Below, piece after piece: positions 46,533 to 54,014 of a DNA stretch of 64,000 nucleotides. Position 1 is the first letter of the stretch; each line of letters starts with the position of its first letter. Source of the DNA: Chloroflexota bacterium. GTDB lineage: Bacteria; Chloroflexota; Anaerolineae; Anaerolineales; UBA11858. The translations under genes were made by a program, and so were the position numbers. Under the pieces are notes generated by a model that had not been told where the DNA came from, did not search any database, and saw nothing but the letters and a program-made list of their open reading frames with translations. Location: assembly GCA_018648225.1 (NCBI GenBank), contig JABGRQ010000081.1, positions 6,092 through 70,091 of the forward strand. The letters run 5' to 3'.

Positions 46533-46560
46533 TTGACAATTCACAATAATATTATATAAT
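46533..46560 (+). promoter_or_regulatory. Sigma-70-type promoter of the fur-family gene
   Basis: TTGACA (46533-46538), 16-nt spacer, TATAAT (46555-46560). Confidence 0.6.
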
Positions 46561-46566
46561 ATTATT
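46545..46566. promoter_or_regulatory. Perfect 22-bp AT-rich palindrome (Fur-box-like operator) overlapping the -10
   Basis: AATAATATTAT/ATAATATTATT is an exact inverted repeat with nATwAT hexamer character. Confidence 0.55.
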
Positions 46567-46598
46567 TATTGCAAATATTCGCAACAGAGAAGATTATT

Positions 46599-47018
46599 AT
46601 GTCGCATTGCAACACCCTGATCGATACCCTGCGCCAGCGCAACTACCGCATCACCCCACAGCGGGAGATGATTATTCAGGTCATCGCCCACAGTGAGCAA
46701 CACATGACTGCCGAAGATGTACTCACCAAGCTGCGCCAGCACACTCAGGCCATCAATCTGGCAACTGTCTATCGAACACTAGAAACGCTCTGGGAAGAAG
46801 GTATGGCCTGCCGCAACGATCTCGGCGAAGGCAAAATAGTCTTCTCGGTTCGCAAGCATGGCCCGCATATTCATTTGGTATGCCGCCACTGCAACCACGT
46901 GATTGAGGCCGATTATGCTTTACTCAATCCCCTCGAAACCAATTTGCTAAACCAATACAACTTCACCGCCGACCTGCAGCATCTGTCGATTTTTGGCGTC
47001 TGTGAAAATTGCCCGTAG
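46599..47018 (+). CDS. Fur-family metalloregulator (Fur/Zur/Nur type undetermined)
   Basis: RITPQREMIIQVI winged helix, HIHLVCRHC and VCENC CxxC pairs. Confidence 0.85.
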   Translation: MSHCNTLIDTLRQRNYRITPQREMIIQVIAHSEQHMTAEDVLTKLRQHTQAINLATVYRTLETLWEEGMACRNDLGEGKIVFSVRKHGPHIHLVCRHCNHVIEADYALLNPLETNLLNQYNFTADLQHLSIFGVCENCP

Positions 47019-47024
47019 AATAAA

Positions 47025-47086
47025 TTAACACAAGGACGCAAAGAAACAAAGATTTTTATATTAATTCCTTTGCGGCTTTGCGTTAA
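47025..47086. repeat. Family C palindromic repeat between the fur-family gene and cbiM
   Basis: ttaacacaaggacgcaaagaaacaaag...cctttgcggctttgcgttaa. Confidence 0.75.
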
Positions 47087-47103
47087 GCTTTTGGAGACTC
47101 AAA

Positions 47104-48048
47104 ATGTTACTCTCTCCCACACCCCTACACATCCCCGATGGATTTCTTAACCTGGTCATCTCACTGATTTTCTGGGCGGCCACTATCATCATGGTTGGTC
47201 TGGCAATCTCAAAGACCAATAAAACCCTCGGCGAGAAACAAATTCCGCTGATGGGCGTGATGGCGGCCTTCATCTTCGCCGCGCAAATGCTCAACTTCCC
47301 CGTAGCAGGGGGCACATCCGGTCACTTTTTGGGCGGCGCGCTGGCGGCGATTGTGCTCGGCCCCTGGGCGGGCATTTTAGTTATGACCGCTGTAATTGCT
47401 GTTCAGGGTTTGCTCTTTCAGGATGGCGGCCTGTTGGTCATGGGTGCAAATATTTTCAATATGGGCATTCTCACCGCGGTAATCGGCTTTGGACTTTATC
47501 GCATGGTCGGCGGTGCGAAAAAAGGGCTGCGCCTGACTATAGCCGGAGCCGCCGCCTGGCTGGCAACCATGGCCGCCGCCCTGCTGACCGCGCTGCAACT
47601 CTGGCTGAGCGGCACTTCGCGCCTGGAGATTGTTCTACCGGCCATGCTGGGCGTGCATATTCTGATCGGCGTTGGCGAAGCCCTGATTACGGTTGCCGCA
47701 TTGGCCTTCATTGAGCGCACGCGCCCCGACTTGCTCAACGCGGAGAAAACCGCGGCCAGCGGCGGGCGCGGCTGGATTATGGCCGGAATACTTGTCACTT
47801 TTTTGGCAGTAATGATTTCTCCCCTGGCATCCGGCTCTCCGGACGGGCTGGAGCGTGTAGCCGAAAATCTTGGTTTTCTCGCCGATGGAAAAGCCGCATC
47901 CTATCAAATTTTGCCCGATTACACGATCCCCTTCCTCGGCGAAACCGCCCTCTCCACCATTTTCGCCGGAGTCATCGGCGCGCTGATTTTGATGGGGCTA
48001 CTGGTTTTGCTGGGGCGCAGTTTGCGGAGAGCAGGCAGCAGGGAGTAG
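47104..48048 (+). CDS. cbiM: ECF transporter substrate-capture subunit CbiM/NikM fused to a PDGLE domain
   Basis: LHIPDGFL motif near the N-terminus. C-terminal SPDGLERVAENLGF. GGAGA SD 6 nt upstream of ATG 47104. Confidence 0.8.
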   Translation: MLLSPTPLHIPDGFLNLVISLIFWAATIIMVGLAISKTNKTLGEKQIPLMGVMAAFIFAAQMLNFPVAGGTSGHFLGGALAAIVLGPWAGILVMTAVIAVQGLLFQDGGLLVMGANIFNMGILTAVIGFGLYRMVGGAKKGLRLTIAGAAAWLATMAAALLTALQLWLSGTSRLEIVLPAMLGVHILIGVGEALITVAALAFIERTRPDLLNAEKTAASGGRGWIMAGILVTFLAVMISPLASGSPDGLERVAENLGFLADGKAASYQILPDYTIPFLGETALSTIFAGVIGALILMGLLVLLGRSLRRAGSRE

Positions 48049-48093
48049 GCAGTATTTTTACTCCCTACTCCCTGCTGCTCTACATCACCCGCC

Positions 48094-48888
48094 ATGCACA
48101 TCCACGCCTTTGATCAATTTCGCGCCCACGAGAGCGCCCTTCACCGCCTTGACCCGCGCGTTAAAGTGCTGCTCACCGTAGGATATATCCTCTCGAATGC
48201 GCTGCTGCCCGATGGCAGTTGGCTGGCTTTTGCCGCGGCCTGGCTGCTACTGCTATGGGGTAATGAACGCGCCCATTTGGGGCTGGGCTACACCTTCAAG
48301 CGTTCGTTTGTGGCCTTGCCCTTCGCAGTCGCCGCGGTCAGCGCAATTTTTTCCCCGTCGGGCACTCCCCTCGCCGAGTGGAATCTCGGCTTCGTTACCC
48401 TCATCCCCACCGATTTCGGCGTCTTGCGTTTCTTCAGCATTCTGGCGCGCTCCTGGCTCTCAGTGCAGATGGCGATTCTACTCGTCACCACCACCCAATT
48501 CCCCGACCTGATTCACGCCTTCGAGCATCTCAAAGCCCCGCGCACCCTCACCACGATCATCGCCTTTTTGTATCGCTACCTTTTCGTGCTCACCGACGAA
48601 GCCTACCGGTTGCTGCGCGCCCGCGAAGCCCGCAGCGCCGGGTTGCCAGGATACAAGCGCGGCGGCAGCCTGTTCTGGCGCGCCAAAATTACCGGCGAGA
48701 TGGCCGGTCAGTTATTTCTGCGCAGCTACGAACGCTCTGACCGCATCTACAACGCCATGCTCGCCCGCGGCTATACCGGGCACATCCGCACACTCAACCC
48801 GCACACCATGCAGCACCGCGACTGGCTGACGCTGTTTTCTTCGATCCCCATGCTGCTTCTAATTCAACTCATCGGCTGGTACCGCTAA
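48094..48888 (+). CDS. cbiQ: ECF transporter transmembrane (T) component CbiQ
   Basis: LDPRVK start motif and ARxxR-type region ARGYTG. 264 aa. Confidence 0.8.
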   Translation: MHIHAFDQFRAHESALHRLDPRVKVLLTVGYILSNALLPDGSWLAFAAAWLLLLWGNERAHLGLGYTFKRSFVALPFAVAAVSAIFSPSGTPLAEWNLGFVTLIPTDFGVLRFFSILARSWLSVQMAILLVTTTQFPDLIHAFEHLKAPRTLTTIIAFLYRYLFVLTDEAYRLLRAREARSAGLPGYKRGGSLFWRAKITGEMAGQLFLRSYERSDRIYNAMLARGYTGHIRTLNPHTMQHRDWLTLFSSIPMLLLIQLIGWYR

Positions 48889-49646
48889 TGCCTGTAAAAC
48901 ACCCAAGCACACAACAATTTATTCTGCCCGATTGCGAGGGCGATATTCTCCAAATCGAGAAGCTTAATTTTGCCTACCCGGATGGACATATTGCCCTGCG
49001 AGATGTCCATCTGAATCTATGTTCGGGGGATAAAGTGGCCCTGGTAGGGCCAAACGGGGCTGGCAAATCAACTCTGATGCTGCACCTCAACGGGATTCTA
49101 CGTGGGGAAGGTGGTCTGACGGTTGGGGGTTTGCCCATCAGCGATGAGCATCTCCCGATGATTCGCGCCCTGGTGGGGGTGGTTTTCCAGAACCCCGACG
49201 ACCAGCTTTTCTCCCCCACAGTGTTTGACGATGTAGCCTTTGGCCCGCTGCACATGGGCCTGCCCGAAGATGAAATCTACGCCCGCGTAGAAGCAGCCCT
49301 GGCCGCGGTTCAAATGGAAGATTTTGGTGAGCGGCTTTCACATCATCTCAGCATGGGGCAGAAAAAACGCATCGCGATTGCCACCGTGCTCTCCATGCAG
49401 CCACAAATTCTCGTCCTCGATGAACCCTCCGCGGGCCTAGATCCGCGCTCCCGCCGCGCGCTAATCAACTTGCTGCGCGAGCTGCCGCAGACCATGCTGG
49501 TCTCAACGCACGATCTACACATGGTGCAGGAACTCTTCCCGCGCATGGTCATCATGGACGAGGGCCGCGTTGTCGCCGATGGCTCCACGGAAAAGTTACT
49601 GGCCGATGCCAATTTGCTCGAAGCGCATGGGTTAGAAATGCCGTAA
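48888..49646 (+). CDS. cbiO: ECF transporter ATPase CbiO
   Basis: GPNGAGKST, LSMGQKKRIAIA and LVLDEP. Confidence 0.85.
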   Translation: MPVKHPSTQQFILPDCEGDILQIEKLNFAYPDGHIALRDVHLNLCSGDKVALVGPNGAGKSTLMLHLNGILRGEGGLTVGGLPISDEHLPMIRALVGVVFQNPDDQLFSPTVFDDVAFGPLHMGLPEDEIYARVEAALAAVQMEDFGERLSHHLSMGQKKRIAIATVLSMQPQILVLDEPSAGLDPRSRRALINLLRELPQTMLVSTHDLHMVQELFPRMVIMDEGRVVADGSTEKLLADANLLEAHGLEMP

Positions 49647-49690
49647 AAAAACTCCGAGATTTATGAAAATCTCGGAGGTCTGCATTCTTC

Positions 49691-49719
49691 TTGACGGGGG
49701 CTACTGAGGGCAGTAAAAT
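49691..49719 (+). promoter_or_regulatory. Sigma-70-type promoter of the znuACB operon
   Basis: TTGACG (49691-49696), 17-nt spacer, TAAAAT (49714-49719). Confidence 0.55.
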
Positions 49720-49730
49720 TCGCCCGCAAA

Positions 49731-49745
49731 TGAAAATGTTTTTCA
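49731..49745. promoter_or_regulatory. Zur-box-like palindrome
   Basis: TGAAAATGTTTTTCA is a perfect TGAAAA-N3-TTTTCA. It lies just downstream of the predicted -10 and 19 nt upstream of the znuA start codon. Confidence 0.65.
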
Positions 49746-49763
49746 ATTAGGAGTAAACATAGC

Positions 49764-50711
49764 ATGAAATATTGGCTGACATTATTGACCGTTATCCTGC
49801 TGGCAGGCTGCGCCGCACCCGCCCCGGAGGCAGAATCGGCAGCGGGAACAGCAGGCCTCACCGTAGTTGCCACGACAACCATCGTCGGGGATGTGGTCTC
49901 GCAGGTCGGCGGGGAACATATCCATTTGGCGATTTTGCTGCCCGCCGGCGCCGATCCGCACAGTTTTGATCCCACCCCGCAAGATGTCGCCAAAGTCGCC
50001 GATGCAGATATTATTTTCGCCAACGGTGCCGGATTGGAAGCCTTCCTTGACAACCTTATCGAGAGCGCCGGAGCCGCCGAGCGGGTAGTGTATCTCGACG
50101 AGGGCATTGAATTGCTCGCCCAAGCCGACGAAGACGAAGTTGGGCACGACGGCGGCGATCACGAAGACGAAGTTGGGCACGGCGGCGGCGATCCGCACCT
50201 GTGGACAGACCCGAATAATGTGCTGGTGTGGGTGCATACGATCACGCGCAAACTCAATGAGTTTGATCCCGCCAATGCGCTCACCTATTCATCCAACGCC
50301 GACGCCTACGCCGCGGAGCTAATGCAACTGGATGCCTGGATTCGCGAACAGGTAGCGCAAATTCCTGCCGAAAACCGCCAGATTATTACCGATCACACCC
50401 TGTTGGGCTACTTTGTCGATGAATACGGTTTCGACCAAGTCGGTGCGATTATACCGGGCTACAGCAGTATGGCAGAGCCTTCGGCGCAAGAGTTGGCGCA
50501 AATTGAAGATGCGATTGTTGCGCTGGGCGTACCGGCCATTTTTGTGGGCAATTCCGTCAACCCCGCGCTGGCTGAACGCGTCGCCAGCGATACCGGCGTA
50601 CAACTGGTCTTTTTCTACACCGGTTCGCTGAGCGAAGCGGGGGGTGAAGCCGAAACCTATCTGGACTATATGCGATACAATACGAATGCAATTGTTGAAG
50701 CGTTAAAATAA
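49764..50711 (+). CDS. znuA: Metal ABC transporter substrate-binding lipoprotein (ZnuA/TroA cluster 9) with His/Asp-rich loop
   Basis: Lipobox LLAGCA. DPHSFDP and DPHLW motifs. Loop DEDEVGHDGGDHEDEVGHGGGDPH. Confidence 0.8.
   Translation: MKYWLTLLTVILLAGCAAPAPEAESAAGTAGLTVVATTTIVGDVVSQVGGEHIHLAILLPAGADPHSFDPTPQDVAKVADADIIFANGAGLEAFLDNLIESAGAAERVVYLDEGIELLAQADEDEVGHDGGDHEDEVGHGGGDPHLWTDPNNVLVWVHTITRKLNEFDPANALTYSSNADAYAAELMQLDAWIREQVAQIPAENRQIITDHTLLGYFVDEYGFDQVGAIIPGYSSMAEPSAQELAQIEDAIVALGVPAIFVGNSVNPALAERVASDTGVQLVFFYTGSLSEAGGEAETYLDYMRYNTNAIVEALK
50130..50198 (+). repeat. Tandem 33/36-nt direct duplication encoding the ZnuA His/Asp-rich loop
   Basis: gaagacgaagttgggcacgacggcggcgatcac followed by gaagacgaagttgggcacggcggcggcgatccgcac. 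Confidence 0.85.
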
Positions 50712-50733
50712 TGTTCCAAGTTAAAGGTTGAAA

Positions 50734-50778
50734 GTTGAAGGTTGAAGGTAGAGAGATCTGTAACCTTCAACCTTCAAC
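50734..50778. repeat. Family E hairpin (GTTGAAGGTTGAAGGT / ACCTTCAACCTTCAAC) between znuA and znuC
   Basis: Perfect 16-bp arms with a 13-nt loop. The arms are themselves tandem octamers. Confidence 0.8.
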
Positions 50779-50794
50779 CTGACACCCAAAACCC

Positions 50795-51646
50795 ATGTCC
50801 TTTCTCGACGAACTGCTCAAAACCAGCCAACATCTTTCCAAGCACCGCCACCCTCATCTGGATGACAAACAGATTTTACAGGCGGATGATTTAAGCGTGC
50901 GTTACGAAAGCGGCGCGGCGCTGGACGAAGTCACATTTTCATTAAACGCCGGGCAGAGGCTGGCAATTGTTGGCCCCAACGGTGCCGGAAAAAGCACTTT
51001 GCTTCAGGTTATTGCCGGGGTATTGGCCCCCACCAGCGGACAGGTACATATTTTTGGCAACGCGCCAGGCGGGCATATTTGCATTGCCTACGTGCCGCAG
51101 CGCAGCCAGGTCGATTGGAGTTTCCCGGTCACGGTGAGCGACGTGATTATGATGGGGCGCGTCGGTCAGTTGGGGCTATTTCGCAATCCCACCAAACACG
51201 ATTGGCGCCTGGTCAATCAGGCGCTGGAAGTCGTGAGTCTGACACACCTCGCCAAACGCCAGATCAGCCAGCTTTCGGGCGGGCAGCAACAGCGCATGTT
51301 TATCGCCCGCGCCCTGGCGCAAGAAGCCGAATTAATGTTGATGGACGAGCCGCTCACCGGGCTGGATGTCAACTCACAAGAGCAAATATTCAATATTCTC
51401 GATCAACTCAAAAGGCAAAATGTGACCGTGTTAATTTCGCTGCATGACCTGAAAATGGCAGCGCAGCGTTTCGATGAAGTTTTACTGCTCAACAAGCAGA
51501 TGCTCGCAATCGGCGACCCGGCGTTGGTACTGGCCCCGAAGAATCTCCTGGCGGCCTATGGAGGCCGCCTGCACCTGGTGCCCACCGAAGATGGCCTGCT
51601 GGCCCTCGACGATACCTGCTGCGAAGGGGAACACGACCATGCTTGA
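50795..51646 (+). CDS. znuC: Metal ABC transporter ATP-binding protein (ZnuC/TroB-like)
   Basis: GPNGAGKST, LSGGQQQRMFIARAL and LMLMDEP. Cys/His-rich tail CCEGEHDHA. Confidence 0.85.
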   Translation: MSFLDELLKTSQHLSKHRHPHLDDKQILQADDLSVRYESGAALDEVTFSLNAGQRLAIVGPNGAGKSTLLQVIAGVLAPTSGQVHIFGNAPGGHICIAYVPQRSQVDWSFPVTVSDVIMMGRVGQLGLFRNPTKHDWRLVNQALEVVSLTHLAKRQISQLSGGQQQRMFIARALAQEAELMLMDEPLTGLDVNSQEQIFNILDQLKRQNVTVLISLHDLKMAAQRFDEVLLLNKQMLAIGDPALVLAPKNLLAAYGGRLHLVPTEDGLLALDDTCCEGEHDHA

Positions 51647-52487
51647 GTTCATTCTTGAGCCCCTGCAATACGCTTTCATGGTGCGTGGCCTGATCGCCGC
51701 CGTGCTGGTCGGGATGGTCAGCGCGGTGGTAGGGACCTATGTAGTTTTACGCGGCATGGCCTTTTTCGGCGATGCTCTGGCGCACGCCATCCTGCCGGGG
51801 ATCGCGGTTGGCTACCTCGTTGGGGGCGGCGCGCGCGAGCCGCTTTTCTGGTGGGCGTTGGTAACAGCAATCCTCAGTTCGCTGGGTATTGGGGCGATCA
51901 GCCGCAACACACAGATTAAAGAAGACACCGCCATCGGGATCGTTTTTGCCGGGATGTTTGCGCTAGGAGTAGCGCTCATCTCTACGGTGCGCAGCTACAC
52001 CGTCGATCTGGCGCACTTTCTCTTTGGGGATGTACTGGGGGTGCGAAATACCGATCTATGGCTGATCGCGGCTTTCGGTGGTTTTGTTTTGCTGGCGATT
52101 CTGGCGTTCTACAAAGAATTTATGGTACTCTCGTTTGACCCCATTCTGGCGGCTACGCTGCGCCTGCCGGTGCGCCTGCTCGATTTTCTGCTGCTGGTAT
52201 TGATTGCCATCACCATTGTGGTCTCGCTGCAAACCGTGGGGGTCGCGCTTATGGTTGCCATGCTTGTGACCCCCGCGGCGACCGCTTATTTGCTCACCCG
52301 CCGCCTGCCGGTAATGATGGCATTGGCCGCGGCGATTGCGTCCATTTCCGGGGTAATCGGGCTGTATATTTCGTATTATCTGAGTATTGCCTCCGGTTCA
52401 GCGATTGTGCTGACCTGCACGGCAATCTTTGGGCTGGTGTGGGGGATACGGGCAGCCGTAATGCGGCGCGCGACGCGACGTTTATAA
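51639..52487 (+). CDS. znuB: Metal ABC transporter permease (ZnuB/TroC-like)
   Basis: ATG 51639 overlaps the znuC stop. FFGDALAHAILPG motif. Confidence 0.85.
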   Translation: MLEFILEPLQYAFMVRGLIAAVLVGMVSAVVGTYVVLRGMAFFGDALAHAILPGIAVGYLVGGGAREPLFWWALVTAILSSLGIGAISRNTQIKEDTAIGIVFAGMFALGVALISTVRSYTVDLAHFLFGDVLGVRNTDLWLIAAFGGFVLLAILAFYKEFMVLSFDPILAATLRLPVRLLDFLLLVLIAITIVVSLQTVGVALMVAMLVTPAATAYLLTRRLPVMMALAAAIASISGVIGLYISYYLSIASGSAIVLTCTAIFGLVWGIRAAVMRRATRRL

Positions 52488-52741
52488 TCTCCTGTTTTTT
52501 TCTGATAAATTATTGGCACTTGATTTACGATCAAATATCCGCGATAATGGATGCATAAAACGAAAGGAGGTTTCCCATAGAAAATACTCATCCTTTCCAA
52601 CCACTGGCACCTTTACCGATAAACCCCGCCCGCAGATAGGGTTGATGCTATCGCAGGAAAGCTCAGTAAGCTAATTTACAGGCTGGTGCTGGTGGACTCT
52701 CCGTAAGTGCAGGTGAAAATTGAATACGCAAGACGATCTAT

Positions 52742-52777
52742 AAACAGACCCGTTGGTTCTCAACAACGGGTCTGTTT
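52742..52777. terminator. Hairpin / bidirectional terminator at the queG 3' end
   Basis: Perfect 14-bp stem aaacagacccgttg/caacgggtctgttt. The queG stop codon lies in the loop. Confidence 0.65.
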
Positions 52778-53971
52778 CATTAAAGCCAGGGCCGCTTGAA
52801 TCTCGGCCAGCACATCGGGGTCGCTTTCGCTCTCGGCGGCAGATTTTAGCGCAGCGTGCGCCGCTTCACCACCAATCTTCCCCAAAGCCCAGGCCGCATG
52901 CCCGCGCACCAACGGTTCAGTATCACGCAGGGCCTGCGCCAGTGCAGGCGCTGCATCCGCGCCCCCAATATTGCCCAATGCAACCGCAATATTGCGCAAA
53001 TAGCCGCGCCGTTTCGTACGCTTGATCGGTGTGCCCTTGAATTTGCGATTGAATGCCTGCGGAGTGAGAGCGAGTTCTTCCGTCAATAAGCCCCATCTTC
53101 CGTCCTCCCCAAGATCAGTGGGGAAATTTTTCTCCCCCTCCCTTCTCCCAGCATTGGGAGAAGGGAGGGGGCTGGGGGGTGGGGTGAGGGCCTTATTCCA
53201 CGGGCAGACTTGCTGGCAAATATCACAGCCAAAAATCCAGTTCCCCACTTTGGGGCGCAAATCTTGGGGAAACGCGCCTTTATGTTCAATCGTCAGGTAT
53301 GAAATGCAGCGATTAGCATCGATTGTGCGATCAGGCAAAATACACGCGGTGGGACAGGCATCCAGGCAACGCGTGCACGTTCCGCAGTGATCCTGCAAAA
53401 AAGGCGCGTCGGGCGTTAACTCCACACCGAGCAATATTTCGGCCAGCAAAAAATACGACCCTGCTTTGGGATGAATCAAATTGCTGTTCTTGCCGACCCA
53501 GCCCAACCCGGCGCGCTGTGCCAATTCTCGCTCTAACACCGGGCCGGTATCGGTATACCAGCGATTGGGAACCGAATACCCCACTTGGGCTTCGATGAAT
53601 TCCACAATTGCGCGCAAACGCGGCGGCAACACATCGTGATAATCTTGCTCCTGAGCATAGGCGGCAATCTTGCCCTCACCCCTTCGCCCCTCTCCCACTG
53701 GGAGAGGGGTTGGGGGTGAAGGCGCTTCGTAGACAAACCCCAACATCAAAATCGATTCGCATTCGGGCAGAATCAACCGCGGGTCGGCGCGGCGCTGGCG
53801 GGCGCGCTCGCTTGCCATCCAGTCCATCCCGGCATGATACCCGGCATCCAGCCAACGCGCGTACACATCCAGATGCGCCGGTGGTTCTGGCGTGGTCACA
53901 CCCACCAGATGGAATCCCTGCCGCTGTGCTTCAGCCTTTATGGCGCGGGTTAACTCCGTTTTTGCGAGCAT
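52760..53971 (-). CDS. queG: tRNA epoxyqueuosine(34) reductase QueG with C-terminal HEAT repeats
   Basis: Two 4Fe-4S motifs (CGTCTRCLDACP, CDICQQVCPWN), DYHDVL, and a HEAT-like tail. Start at ATG 53971. Confidence 0.85.
   Translation of the reverse strand: MLAKTELTRAIKAEAQRQGFHLVGVTTPEPPAHLDVYARWLDAGYHAGMDWMASERARQRRADPRLILPECESILMLGFVYEAPSPPTPLPVGEGRRGEGKIAAYAQEQDYHDVLPPRLRAIVEFIEAQVGYSVPNRWYTDTGPVLERELAQRAGLGWVGKNSNLIHPKAGSYFLLAEILLGVELTPDAPFLQDHCGTCTRCLDACPTACILPDRTIDANRCISYLTIEHKGAFPQDLRPKVGNWIFGCDICQQVCPWNKALTPPPSPLPSPNAGRREGEKNFPTDLGEDGRWGLLTEELALTPQAFNRKFKGTPIKRTKRRGYLRNIAVALGNIGGADAAPALAQALRDTEPLVRGHAAWALGKIGGEAAHAALKSAAESESDPDVLAEIQAALALMKQTRC
53131..53191. repeat. Family A repeat inside the queG CDS
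   Basis: ccccctcccttctcccagcattgggagaagggaggggg...ggggtgagggc. Translated as PPPSPLPSPNAGRREGEK on the minus strand. Confidence 0.8.
53672..53723. repeat. Family A repeat inside the queG CDS
   Basis: gccctcaccccttcgcccctctcccactgggagaggggttgggggtgaaggc. Translated as PSPPTPLPVGEGRRGEG. Confidence 0.8.
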
Positions 53972-54014
53972 GGCCGCGATTATACCGCGCCGATTGGATG
54001 CTATAATCACCGAC

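Noticed and set aside
47019-47103. Cobalamin riboswitch upstream of cbiM
   Set aside because: The spacer is only 85 bp and is almost fully occupied by a family C hairpin. I saw no B12-box-like sequence.
52563-52600. Small ORF after the perfect AAAGGAGG at 52563-52570, and the minus-strand ORF 52376-52600
   Set aside because: No ATG, GTG or TTG lies within a usable distance downstream of the SD on the + strand. The minus-strand ORF lacks an SD and runs antisense into the znuB 3' end.
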